This document shows, piece after piece, positions 1 through 12,648 of a DNA stretch of 53,513 nucleotides. Origin of the DNA: Bigelowiella natans CCMP2755 (lineage: Eukaryota; Protista; Cercozoa); assembly GCA_000320545.1 (NCBI GenBank), contig ADNK01001876.1, forward strand, positions 1 through 53,513, in the 5' to 3' direction. The position numbers and the translations under genes are program-made. The notes beneath the pieces were generated by a model that searched no databases, had not been told where the DNA came from, and was given only the letters and a program-made list of their open reading frames with translations. Each line of letters opens with the position of its first letter. Position 1 is the stretch's first letter.

Positions 1-174
1 AAACCCACCGAGGCCATCGTACTTCCACACGAGCCAGAGTTGCTCATTTTCTCCCGACTATTTTAATGTTTTTGTACAAAGAAATCATCGACGAAGGCAA
101 TATAAGATCGCAGCACGGATAGATAGAAAACAACTGGGAAACAGACACACAATTACACACACACACACACACAC

Positions 175-224
<50 letters not shown>

Positions 225-1188
225 GCACACTGAGACCGGCGTCTACGCATCATCGCGTGCCGCATCGTCACCTGGGCCTCTTGCGAGATGAAAGACCCGA
301 TGAAAGGAGCGCACACCCCTGGCGAAGACCGAAGGAGGCGCCGATTCATGTATTGCTCAACCTATCAGAGAAGAATGAGGACGAAGAAACCACCCCACCG
401 CCATGAGGGGGAAAAGATGGCATTTAATATGTTAAAAACAGTCTAAAATGTGTGTGTGTGTGTGTGTGTGATACTACAAAAACCGAATTATGTAACAGGT
501 TAAGTGAACAACTGAAGATTGTTTTCATCACATGCATCATCTTTGAGTACGATGAAGGCTGCTGCTTGCAACCACGACGAACTACTACTATTACCTCGCC
601 TAAACGCTTGGCCCCGTCCTCTTGCATCTTCACTCGCTTCACGATCAAGCGCTCTCGGATCTCGTTCGTCGGGACCTTACGTGTGGAAGCGTTTCATTAT
701 TCTGTGATTGGTTTCTGTTCTCATCTACTGTCATTTGGGGGGGGGGAGGATGGGAAGTACGCGTTGTGCTAGGGTCCTTTAGAAAATTGCCGCACTATCA
801 TCAATGTGATCGCTTTAATGACGATTTTCATCGTTTTCATCATCATCAACAACACAACAAAATCACTGTTGTCATCGTTGATACCCCAGATACTCGCTGT
901 GTGTTCAGAGGCCTCTTCGTCCACAGAGCCTCAAATACCTACGATCGGCCATTCCCAATGAAAATTATCAACACAACTACATTCTTTCTGCACGCGCTCT
1001 CCCTTCTCTACCTCCCTCTCTCTCACGCACACACGCGCGCGCGCATGCAGAGAGGAGGGAGAGCAGCTTACATCTCCGAAGTTTCCAGCTCCGATTTTGT
1101 TCCCAACCACCATGCAGTCCCTGTTTTCCAGATGACATAAATGAAGTGCGTTAAAAGCGAGGAAGAGCGAGAGGGGATATATGCTTTG

Positions 1189-1234
<46 letters not shown>

Positions 1235-2051
1235 GTTTATTTGATTGCCCTGCTATTGTGCCTGCGAATGCTGTTACCGTGTAGGCGTTCCCCTCGCCGA
1301 CACTTCCAGCGCCTGGAGGGGGGCTAGCAGAAGGGAGTCAATAATGCTCCCTCCCACCCCTGGCGAAGCTCCAAGATACGCCGACGATAACAGAAGCAAA
1401 GCTCCAGCTAATACCGGGTTTTCGCTTACAATCGGTGGGATGGCGTCAATTTGAGTTAGGAGCGGGGTGTCCATTCCCACGGTCGCAGCCAATGCTGCCT
1501 GAAGTAGTAATTTCACGACACCGGGGGCAATAGGGTTATTCGAGGATGAGGATGATGATGATGATGATGGTGGTGGTCGTGGTGGACGATGGTACACCAC
1601 GTGAGTATGAGGCAGCAGCACCTTTGAAGTTCCGGCTAGAAGTGGAAGAAGGGCCGCCTTTGCTACGGCGTGAGACAAGCGAGGAACAGACGGTTTTTCG
1701 AGGATGGATATCCTTCGTTGACTACTTTGATCTACTTTGTCACTATGATGCACCTTCCAGACCGACGGCGCAAGAAGGCTGTTCCTGCGAGAAGCCTGCC
1801 ATTTTTTCAAAGCATATCTCAGTCGGACCCCAATGCACGAACGCAGATACTTTTTCCACCTTGTTATTCACACGTAGCCTTGTTGAGAAAAGGTGTGGCG
1901 CAGCAGCGCTGGGATGGAGTCGATTCCTCATTAGATTTGGCCCCGAAGACCCACTTCGGCCTGCTACCCTTCCCGATGCCTCGACATTGAGAGGGGAGAG
2001 TGCCAATAGCGCGTAGAAAATGGCACTCAACCGTAGCATGAATCGTGGCAT
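1..2051 (-). CDS. STN7/STN8(Stt7/STL1)-like thylakoid Ser/Thr kinase, 5' part; runs off the window; multi-exon; bipartite plastid leader
   Basis: Spliced pieces: signal peptide MPRFMLRLSAIFYALLALSPLNVEA (from 2051); TM segment LAGALLLLSSAYLGASPGVGGSIIDSLLLAPL (~1310-1405; cf. STN7 YLWATPGVAPGFFDMFILA); G-loop KIGAGNFGD (~1070-1098); IVKRVKMQEDGAKRLGE|VEQYMNRRLLRSSPGVCAPFIGSF (~270-650); GENEQLWLVWKYDG (~13-55), matching the STN8-type WLVWRFEG motif. Confidence 0.85.
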
Positions 2052-3045
2052 CCCTGTGAAAATTTGTATCGATTAGACTTTTCACACCGTAGATGTTCAG
2101 GTTATAAGTTAGATCACATAGCTTACAGTGCTCGAATGCGCCACCATGCATCTTTAGGAAGGGGGAGGAGAGAAAGAAGCTACTCTTCCACCAACCAGCT
2201 AGTTTTGCACGTACTAAATTCCCTAATTAATTTGGAGTGGAATTAGAGGCGATGCTACTCGCACAGAAGCCTTTTGTTCTGCAAGATTCACCGAACCCCA
2301 AAAGCAAGAAAGAAACACATATATACGAGCAATTTTAACATCCACATATTGAATAGGTAATCGAGAAAATTTGTTGAGCCAGAAATCACGCTTGTGCTCA
2401 TAACCTCAACAAACCCCCCCTGAGTTCAATTCTATATTCTCGGGTCTAATCCCATACTCGATTCGACACTTGTCGTACCAAGGTTAAGAACATAACGAGG
2501 CAACTCGATTGAGGTACCTCTTAAGTAAAAGAGGTATTTGAGCTCGACGTTTAAGTCAGTAGATCTACTACGCCGGTGGTGCCCCCCTCCCATCCAAAAA
2601 CCAATCGACTACCTGAAGATTTGAGAAATAATAATTTGGATGTACTCGGTATTAAAATATTTTTAAAAAAGGACCTTCGATGCTCAAACTCCAATTTAAT
2701 AATTTTACAATCTGTATTGTATACTTAGATAGCATCAGCATAAATTTCTTACTAAATCATATTTCCTCCTTTTTCGTGACGACTGTAAGAGAAGTGGCTT
2801 TCCTGCTCTTATGCTCTTATGGAAATGTAGGGGGATTTATTTCGAAATTATTCGCATCCCGGTCGAAGTTTCGAAAATAAGGCTTCTTTCTTATTTTAGT
2901 TAGTTAGTTAGTTATTCTGTCCGCGCCCTTGACTTCCCAGCTATGTTGTTACATGTACACCGAAGTGATTTTCATAGTGATCCCATTTGAATCCCGGCTT
3001 TCGTGGTGGATAGGATATTCTACGGTCGGTTTCAAGATTGGGAAA

Positions 3046-4521
3046 ATGGCAACACACACACAACACATGTTATCATCGGCTGACAACGGACGCAGATTTA
3101 CAGAAAATCGGGGCATTGTCCATGTCGCACGATATAATTGCAGGTAGTTTTATGTTTGCGAATAAGCTTCCGAGGATCGATTCAGGCTGCTTCGCTGGAC
3201 TGCAATGGAACGGACGTCGAATGGAGGGGGGAATGCTGATTCGTACACTCCCTTATTGCGAAATCGCAATACGCAACCAGAAGAAGCCGGAAAGATAGCT
3301 TGCATGAATGTAGTGATTTCGCTTGTTGGGTGAACGAGCAATGACTCTGTTTCCCATTTCCATTAGGATTCGGGGAAAGTGGCAGCTCCCAAAACTAGTT
3401 GGTCTCTGTCCTATTTTCTGTGCCGCTATGCGAGCACATTTCACGTCAAGCATTTGGAAATGTAATAGCAACCGCCAGCTCCTGTTTCGCTAGAATTTTC
3501 TGCAAATTGCACTGCTTTTTTGCCGCATTCACTTGTGAAGAAGGAATCACTTTGCACCATTCACCTTGCAAAGGTCGGGATGGCGGAAGGAACTCCTCGC
3601 GTTCATGCACTCTCCTATGATACAAGACGCTGTTATACTCCTCCTGCTGCTGGACATATTTTGCGTCGCGACCGAGATGGTTTTGGAGATCCTCGAGACT
3701 GACGGAATCTTCGTCTACAAGGTGAATATGGCTTCTATGCGTGCAATACTTTCATTTTGCGTGGATATCTTGAAGTAAAGATTGTGCTGCAGCAATTTGA
3801 GAAAGTTTCTTCCAGAAAATCCCACATACCATATAAGCATGTGAAATCTCATGCGTCTCACGAAGAGACGAATGGACTGAAACGTACACGTATCTTGGTG
3901 ATTAGATGATGCCACTGCTTGAGCCCGCACTTCATTGGACCAGCGTCTCAATCCTGGTGATATTCGCCTTGGAGATATTTCTCTATGTTGTAGCCAAAGG
4001 AACAAGCTTCTTCTTGGAGTTTTTGGAGGTACTGGACCTTGTTATAGTCGCCGGAAGCTTGTACCAAGATCTGACATTCAAGCACGCAGAGGTATTGGGG
4101 ACACAAAGGAGGAAGAGGAGGAGGAGAAGGAAAGTGGATTACATCCAATATTTTTGATTGAAATGTCTTCTCTTGTTCTCATCATAATTGCAATAATTTC
4201 TACCATGTCAATCATTATTACTCCCATCTAGGGCCGTTTGCTGGTGATGTTTCGCGTCTGGCGATTTGGTAGGATTTTCCATGGAGTTTGGTCAGCGGAG
4301 CATGAAGCTTCAGAATCAAAGGTGATGTAAACAGTATGCATATTCACGTGGATAAATCTGAGACTGTAATACACACGCACACACATATTTCTAAATATGT
4401 ATGACTAACACAAAAAATCATGCATGTCTAGATAAGAAAACTAGAAGAAAAGATCGAGGCTCTTGAGGCACAGCTGCGCCAGCAGGATCGAAAGGATGAA
4501 GGAGTAGTCAATGGAAAATGA
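3046..4521 (+). CDS. HVCN1: Voltage-gated proton channel Hv1 (multi-exon; start uncertain)
   Basis: S1 AVILLLLLDIFCVATEMVL with selectivity Asp (~3630-3685); S2-S3 HWTSVSILVIFALEIFL...LEVLDLVIVAGSL (3906-4090); S4 FRVWRFGRIFHG with the RxWRxxR signature (4232-4321); C-terminal coiled coil IRKLEEKIEALEAQLRQQ; stop TGA 4519-4521. Confidence 0.9.
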
Positions 4522-4747
4522 CATGTAAGGGTTGTTGCTATACCCAATGTTGAGAAGTGACTATCAATACGCAGATCACGCACGTGCACCTCATCTCTTC
4601 ATGTCCACACATGTTCCCTAAACAGCACGCGTGTGTGTGTGTCCCTGTGCCACATATAATATGTGCTGAACAATCGCAGCTTTGTCCACAAAGACAGGTA
4701 GTATCACGTGATGCGTGCGCATCTCCAGATCATTGTTTTTCTTTGTG

Positions 4748-4784
<37 letters not shown>

Positions 4785-4789
<5 letters not shown>

Positions 4790-4802
4790 CGGATGTAAAG
4801 TA
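4785..4802 (-). repeat. Terminal segment (TACTTTACATCCGTCTCA) of dispersed repeat family, fused to the tRNA 3' end
   Basis: TGAGACGGATG core also at 12579, 31817-31827 (reverse) and 49173. Confidence 0.7.
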
Positions 4803-4876
4803 TACCACCGGCAAGGTTCGAACTTGCGCCTCCGAAGAGACTAGAACTTGAGTCTAGCGTGTTAGACCACTCCACC

Positions 4877-4884
<8 letters not shown>
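4803..4884 (-). tRNA. tRNA-Leu(CAA)-like gene, probably a pseudogene (5' acceptor strand replaced by (AT)n)
   Basis: Minus strand reads atatCCGTGGTGGAGTGGTCTAACACGCTAGACTCAAGTTCTAGTCTCTTCGGAGGCGCAAGTTCGAACCTTGCCGGTGGTA. D-arm, CTAGA/TCTAG anticodon stem with CAA, long variable arm and GTTCGAA T-loop are present. Acceptor positions 3 and 4 mismatch; no CCA; no T4+ terminator. Confidence 0.85.
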
Positions 4885-4910
<26 letters not shown>

Positions 4911-4911
<1 letters not shown>

Positions 4912-5440
4912 CTAGTAATACATGTATCCTATTACCTTGTCTAGAATGGATGTGGTCATTGCTAGATTGTTCAGATTCGCGATGGTTGCTCCATCTAGCC
5001 ATAGCAAAGCAAGGCACGGCACGCCAGTCTTTTATAGTCTAGCTATATAGCTAGCAGTGTGTCATGTGCATGCATTCGTGCTTGCGGCGACGCATCGCGT
5101 CCGCCAAACATCTAGAAATGTATGCATGCTCTCATTATAATGCTCCTGGCGGAGATGTGCTGGTGTGCACACACTGCTAGACTGCCGAGCACCTACTAGA
5201 TGTTTGTTGTTACACTTCCATCATCTAACATCTGCTGATATACTGACATACACGTAAACACAGCATACACTGCACACAAACAGATTCATTTCGTTCATGG
5301 CATTGCTGTGCATTGACTAGATTTAACATGGGTGTGATGAGCACAAATGGTTTACAATGCTAGCAGATGCTGCGCATCATGATGCGCTATGAGCAATGTA
5401 GATGAAGTTCAGTGTGATCATCGAACATGGCCATTTGTGT
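4911..5440. other. CTAG/CATG/TGCA-rich decayed repeat island
   Basis: About 11 CTAG in ~450 bp (hand count); no convincing ORF; lies between convergent genes. Confidence 0.55.
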
Positions 5441-5761
5441 AACTTAAAATTTTGACACAATGACAGTAACATTAGAATTTTTAGCATTACTTTTACTCTA
5501 ACTGAATAAAATACTCTCATCCACTCGTTTCGCTGCCCTATTATAATGTCCTCGGTCGCAGCCTATTGCTCTGCAAAAGTTAATTTATATCCGAGGATGG
5601 TCTGGAAGCTGCAATTGATCCGAAATTCGCTACAGCAGTGTTCCCCTATGATGGCTGGATATGCAAGTTGAATCTAAAGCTTATATATTGTTCTAAAGCT
5701 TATTTATTATAATGAATGCCAATGAAGGCGAATTACTTGAGTGTCGCGAAACTTTCCGTTT

Positions 5762-5800
<39 letters not shown>

Positions 5801-6025
5801 GAGTTTCTGATATGGTCATAATTACCACATCACTGCACATTGTTAGGCGGCATAAGTCGATTGTTTCGTATAGATAAATGGTGTATCTACAGCCAAATGC
5901 TTTTGGTAAACACGGATCCTAGATGGCCAGAATGAAATGACCCACTCTTCGCCACACAACTTTGCGTAGTGGCGAGAGTTTGTGGGAGAGGAGCCCTTCT
6001 CCTCCGCTCCGTCCTTGTTCGCCGT

Positions 6026-6924
6026 CTAGAACTGGTCCATAACCCCCGCAATGATCTTCTCCTTGTAGTGGCGGATGCTGTCAGGTGCGAATCGGATATC
6101 CAGCGAGCGCTGGTAGGTGTAGATGCCCGCGTCCTGGAGAGGCAGCACCCACCCCGGCTCCCCCCCCTCGTTTACGTGGCTATGCCACCATCCCGGAGGC
6201 GTAACAAACATTCCTGAGTGGTGGTATTACGACGACGATGAGGAAGTGGGACCGATAGATAGGGGGGTTGGCCATGCCGCCAGAGGCTTAGTGTCACATT
6301 CATGCAACAAAGATCTCTTCCGGTTTCCTGGTCTTTCTTGCAGAAAAACCGGAGAGAAGAATGGGTGGAAAGACAAAGAGGGGGGGGGGGAGGGGAGATG
6401 CACGCAAGGAGATTGGTAGGGAAGAGCAGGGTCACTTTCGAAATGTGACTAGATTACCATCATCATCACCACCATCATCATCATCATCATCATGAACGAC
6501 CTCCTGGCGTCCAGTCCATGCGCACGGGATCCACCAGTCTCCCATTGTGGTCAATCTGGCGACTCATCAACGTGTACGTGCCTTCCCCAGCGGAAACGCA
6601 GAGGTCCAAGGCGACGGAGTTGTGCTTGTGAGGCAGCTGCACGGTCTTGGGCGGGATGGTGTTGAGGAGCGCCCACAGCGTATGCGTGATCGTCTTCGTC
6701 TGCTCCGTATCCTTATTTCCGAGAAGGATGCCCATGCGGTTCTTCTCACCGGATCCCGGCTCGCGCTTGATCTCCTCGACGCACGCCATGAGCATCTCCT
6801 TCGTGTAGAGGGTCGGCTTGAACTTCTTCTCGGAGCTCTTCACTCCGAGATACCTTTTTAGCAAGAGGAAGGGGGGGGCAGGGAAGATGTTCATGTTCTG
6901 CCCTAACCAATCGCTACATCACCA

Positions 6925-6968
<44 letters not shown>

Positions 6969-7977
6969 TCCCCCACCCCTATCACTACCTAAGCAGAGGT
7001 TCGTCATGCACCCAGTAAAGGACTGCCGTACTAGTTGCAGTGTGGGTAATCGGCTTGCTATGCGCCGGAACGACGAACATATCTCCTGTAGCCCACTCAA
7101 TCAGCTTTCCCTCCTCCTCCTTCGCCTCTTCATCAGGCTGTAATTGGGACTTTCCGGAGCCACTAACCACATAGAATGCTTGGGATGTTGCCTCGGCTTT
7201 GGTGTCGAGCTCCTCCCCCGTCAAGACTTTGATGAATCCGGCGAGAAGATTGGGCGAAGTGGCAGGGTAGGAGATGCCCAAGAGCGAGCTGAAATCGGCG
7301 GAAAAAATTCCAGTCTTGTTGGCTGCATAGTCCTCGGCACCCAGACTCAAGATGGGGACAGGGTTGAGCACGGGGTTGGAGACGCTCTCGTACTCGTATC
7401 TGGAAGAAGGAAAAAAGAAGGTGCACGTGTGCATCGAACGGATTAGCTGCGCATAACTTTAGAAATAGAGAGACGAAGAAAGTAAGGTGTTAGTGAGTGG
7501 GAAAACCACTGCAGGACTCGTCGTTGGTGTATGTGTTAAGTTCGTTCTCGCTGTAGATTACACTCTTGCGTTCTTCGTGAGGATCTCTCGCTCCTTGTAC
7601 AGGATCTCCAGATACTCCTTTGCAGCAGCGCGTTCACCAAATGTGTAGTTGGATGCAGTGGGTGCACTTTGGACGTTTCCCAGAACGACTGGCTCCGAAA
7701 CCTTTATTATTCCCATGTATTCCCAGTTGCTTAGAGAGAGTCTACTGGCACGAAATGCTTTTCTTCTTATGTACCTCTCTCCCCCCCCTCCCTCCTCCCT
7801 CCCTATCTCCCCCCTTTTCATTCCTTCACAATATCCTAGTACCTGCACACATGTTTTGCCTTCGGCTGCCGTGACAGTACATTCTTCGGACGAAGATGAA
7901 GCAAAAGGTAGCAAAAATACTAGGAAGAGAAGCTCGAAGACCCTCTTTTCACGGGAAAGGCACATAGTGTCTTGCAT
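6026..7977 (-). CDS. Bicupin (gentisate 1,2-dioxygenase-like cupin) with N-terminal hydrophobic leader; about 5 exons
   Basis: Exons give ATSPNLLAGF...SQAFYVVSGSG...WATGDMFVVP...LYWVHDEPLLRYLG; QLPHKHNSVALDL; FVTPPGWWHSHVN...PLQDAG, typical cupin metal-binding motifs. Leader LLFLVFLLPFASS. GT-AG junctions are consistent. Confidence 0.85.
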
Positions 7978-8089
7978 TTTTCTTCCCGTGTTGTTTAGGA
8001 AACTTGCCAGTTTCAGTTCTTCTGCATATTATCCAACAATTATGGTCAATGAGCATGGTATTTAGATCACGATGCAGCACGTCGCCACC

Positions 8090-8128
<39 letters not shown>

Positions 8129-8781
8129 GAAAATAAACACGTTCAAAAGTAAATAGACAGATTGATCCCGGCAGAGGCACACCCTCTCCGTATTGCAAAA
8201 GAATCGGATCCCCCACTCTCTTACCGGTTGCGGTTCTGAGCGCGGGGGCAGCAAACAAGCAAACGAACGGATGACTGGTTTCTCTGGTTGGTCCTTTCCG
8301 CACGACGCTGCCGTACACGTAGCAGCTCAGCCAGGCGCGCAGGAAATTTCCCCAGCAATTTCGCCTAAAATTAAAGGCGATTTTCCCGCGAAAAGAATCA
8401 CGTCTGACTTCCGAGAGAAATCGCCGCTTGGTAGCGTATCCCGGCAAGATCGATCAGATACATCGCGCAGTGTCGCACTCTCTTGAAGAGACGGGAGTTT
8501 TCATTGGTGTTCTGCTTGAATTCCTTGTCGTATCTTATTTTCATCCTTGGATGAGGGAGAATGCGCCTTATTTGGAAAACAAAGTTCCACTGTCTGGGCT
8601 TTTCTCGTCAGTTTTGTTTCCGTTGGTTCGAGAACCGAAAATCTTTCTCAATTTGTTGCATCCTCCGGAACCCAGCGAGCCGTCATCGGAACCCAACACT
8701 AGTTACAGTAATCTCGGGTGAAAATCGGGAGATCGTCAGAGACAACGACAGCAGCGACAACCTGAGGAGAAGCGTCGTCGG

Positions 8782-9380
8782 ATGCTTCATCGGGCCGGGG
8801 CCTGCCTTGGACCGCACATACATCATCTGCGCCTTCACCTGCTCGCAACGGCCCTTAGCAGGAGCATATTCTCCCGACCATCCTCGTCCTACCCCTCGTC
8901 AAAAGTAGCCACTATGGCTCTGAACAGGGTGGAATCTCACGATGAAGAAGAGCCCCCTTTGGTTGTATCGAACGTCTACGTCTCTGACCACAGCAAGAAG
9001 GTCCCGCGCCAACCACCGACATTTTCTCTCGTGCACATTTTGGATTCTGAACGCTTGAATGGCAGGTGCTGGACTACATGGGAGAGCACGTGGGCGATGA
9101 TTCGTTCGTAGTGTCCACCTTCACAGACGTCGAGTACAATCGCGCCAGGTTTGCCAAACTCCTCGAAGTTTGCTTCTGTTGGGGGGGGCTCGAAACAGCT
9201 TATTTATCCTGATCTCGCTAAATTACTCTTATAATCCGTCATCGTCTGCAGCATGTGTATATCTGGAACGCCAACAGCGGTGGTGAATTCGGTCGTCAAG
9301 GTCGTCGCTGCGGCCCTGGAAAAGGTCGAAGTACACCGTGGTGCACGTCTGCCTCTAATTTCCTCGATTTGTGTGTGTAT

Positions 9381-9428
<48 letters not shown>

Positions 9429-9992
9429 GTGTGTGTGTGCGTGCGTGACAGAACTTACAATAATACACTTGCGTATGTAGCCGGATATTGATGAACAGCC
9501 ACTGTATTCATCAATAACTTGTGTGAGTTGGCACCAGGTTGACTATTCGGAGCACTCGGGCACCCATCCGGCCATCGGTACTGGATTGGCCTCTCAGCAT
9601 AGAAACGACGATAATGAGGATGATAGCGATGATAATATTTAATGATGACAATCTCGACGACGATAGATACGATCATGCCAACCTAACACACAAGTCTTCG
9701 TCGCTTTCTATCTCATCTTTCCACCACAGCAACCGCGCGCCTATCTAATGTGCCGAGTCGTACCACCTCCTCAGGCGCAGTAGATCATGTGAACGTACAC
9801 CCACTGCGTCCTAGCAAGGACCTCAAGATTGCAGTAGAAGTACGACGTTGCACGGAGTAGAATAGTTATCACTAAGGCAGACTCAACGCACGCAGCGACG
9901 ATGCGTTTGAGTATGATGATGATGTGTAAGGCACTGCCTACGCAGCACTCAAGTAGATACGAACGCACACACAGACACACACACACACATAG

Positions 9993-10028
<36 letters not shown>

Positions 10029-10575
10029 CATTAAGGTTGCAGAAAGCATAGCAGAGCGCTTGGCATCGGACCTCAAAGTGAGAACGGGGGCGAGGGAGAG
10101 GAGGAACATTTTAACTTTCAGAGTGTATGTAAATGGCCGATGTGTGTATGCGTGTGTGCGAGAGAGAGAGAAAGAGAGAGAGATTAATGGTACTAATTAT
10201 ATATTACATAAATATTCGCAGATACCAGTGTACCTCTATGGCGCGGCACATCCACAAGGTGGTTGAAAATAGTAGCAGCAACACTTCTTTCCCTCTCCAT
10301 ATCACTGTGATTTTTTTAAACAGACACATGTGGAGGGAGGGGGGGGGGGGGGGGAGGCAAGCTGCGATTACTCCGTTATTATCATAATATGTAACACGTA
10401 GGAAAGGGCTTGGCAAAGGGACGCAGGGAACTCGGGTTGGTTCCCTTTGTTTCTCATTTGTTTTTTCCCATCCTAGCTCGAAGAAAACACGTACACGCAC
10501 GTACACGCACAAAACATACACACATGATCAGAGCCTATTTTGTTGTATTATGTCGCGTCCCGTGCTTGTATGCGC

Positions 10576-10646
<71 letters not shown>

Positions 10647-11510
10647 CGAGCTTCGCCTGGGAGCGGAGATAAGCGCGCAAATACATTTCAAACGCAGATA
10701 TTTCACGAGCCACAAAAGCCAGACTCTCAAGAAGAAGGCGGTCAGTTATCAGATAGAGAACAACATCTTACGGCAATATCAGTGCATGAATTAGCCTGAG
10801 ATACAGCCAATAGAAAGGAATACTGTGCAGCGTGCCTTTATACTATTACACGAATACACGAATGAGTCACCGGCGAAAACCATCCCTGCGACGCAGCAAT
10901 GACAACAACGATGAAGCCGGAAATGATGACGATGCATGGTGGATGATGCTCACACAAAAAGGAGCTCAAGGTGATCCCGGACGCTGGCCCGAGAACGAAC
11001 GACCCGAAGAAGGTACGTCGGTAATGCTTGCGGTGTGCTGCACATCCATCTCCCTCGATTCATCATCATATGCCAAATCCCCGTGCTGGGAGGTTCCATT
11101 GAGCCTCTAGTCTTGACTAAACCGTTGCGCTCAAAACATATATACACGCGCGCGTACACGCACACGTACACGTGAGAGTTCCGTTTTTGTGATATTGCTG
11201 CGGGATGTGCATTGCCACGGATCAGGGTGTTGCTATGGTGGGAGCTTGCCCGTGGGTCGTAAACTACAACGTTCCCGTCGCATGTACTACTTACACCAAT
11301 ACTACCGCAGCTATTTCAACGCAGCAGCCGAGATGTCAGCGCAACCACGCAGCAACAAATCAACGAGAGATCCACGGTCTCTCGGCCTGCTGTCGCCGCC
11401 ATTTTTCCAGCATAATTTCCCCAATTCATTCCAATACAGAAAAGCGAAAATCCCTTTTTTTGATTGTGGCTCTGTTGTTGGCCGGATAGGGTCTGACGAG
11501 GACATTTAAT

Positions 11511-11568
<58 letters not shown>

Positions 11569-12450
11569 TACATCTATTTGTGTGACATTTCGTTTGGATC
11601 TCTCCCTCGGGATCAAGTGTGTAAGAATGAGCGCCTTATTACTCTTCTTTGAAAGGCGAATCCCTCTCGCAGGCGCAAGTATTGTGCGATCAGATTCGAG
11701 AAGCTAAAGGTGAGAGCTCTCTCAGATATATCTGCAACCAGCATCATCATCATCATCATCATTATCATCATCATTATCATCTATAATTATCGTCATCATC
11801 ACCATACCCCCCCCCCCCCCTTCATCAGCTGACCCTTTTCACCCAATGTGTAGGAGGACTAAAGGGGGTACAAGCCATGGCGCTGAAGAATGAGAATGGG
11901 GTGAGCTCCGCTCGTTGTTTTTCCCTCGCATGTTCTCCACCAACTACATGATCTTTGCGCTAAACATGATGATCGATTCTCAGCGAGGAAATGGTCCGCG
12001 GGTGGGAGAGAGAAGTGCATGTGTATAGACTTACTGTGGAAAGAATTCCACCTCAGTACACCCATCGAATGCACTTCCATGCTTGTATTTGCAGATCGAA
12101 GTAGCCTGTAATCTGCTGGAGATTGAGGAAATTGGCCCGGAGGACGTTTACCAGGTCATCATGCGATCATCATGCGGACTCGAGTGACGTTTCTATATTG
12201 TACACACACACACACACACACACGCACGCACACACACATATATTCCATGACGACTAGGAGACGTTATCGTTATTGCGTGAAAGTCGAGGGGACGATAGAT
12301 ATTGATGAACATAATCATGTGATGATTCAGAAACTGAGGGCCGAATGCGAGAAGCTTGACGGAGTGGAAATAAAGTCCCCGTACGTTATAGGCAGGTTTC
12401 CAAAGGACGTGCTCAGCGAAACGCTCGCAGCACTGCGAGAGAATGAATGA
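8782..12450 (+). CDS. Formiminotransferase (FTCD N-terminal subdomain, plant FTCD-like) protein; multi-exon
   Basis: Motifs SNVYVSD, FTDVEYNR, GAVDHVNVHPL (~9773), IPVYLYGAAHP (~10222), GVAMVGACPWVVNYNVPV (11226), GLKGVQAMAL, IEVACNLL, SPYVIG; stop at 12448-12450. Second in-frame ATG at 8914. Confidence 0.85.
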
Positions 12451-12578
12451 AAGCATGCTAGCATGGCAATAGGGGCTTACTGAATTTATTATTATGTGTT
12501 ATTGTGATCGATGGACGAACGAGCATCGATTTGCATGTCTAGATGTATTAAATTAAGAGATACGAGCGCACGCGCATA

Positions 12579-12648
12579 TGAGACGGATGAAGTGAAATTA
12601 TGACATTTTTTCAATCGTCATTCTATATATCGTAGCTCTGCAAGGTGA
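12579..12648 (-). repeat. Copy of CATCCGTCTCA-terminated dispersed repeat
   Basis: Minus strand ttgcagagctac...atgacgattgaaaaaatgtcataatttcacttcatccgtctca aligns with 31765-31827 ttgcatagctac...atgaccatcgaaaaataatactttactcagtacatccgtctca. Confidence 0.7.

Noticed and set aside
4785-4830. LTR plus primer-binding-site interpretation of the motif and tRNA complement
   Set aside because: The TGG complement of CCA is absent, nearly the whole tRNA is present rather than ~18 nt, and no gag/pol follows.
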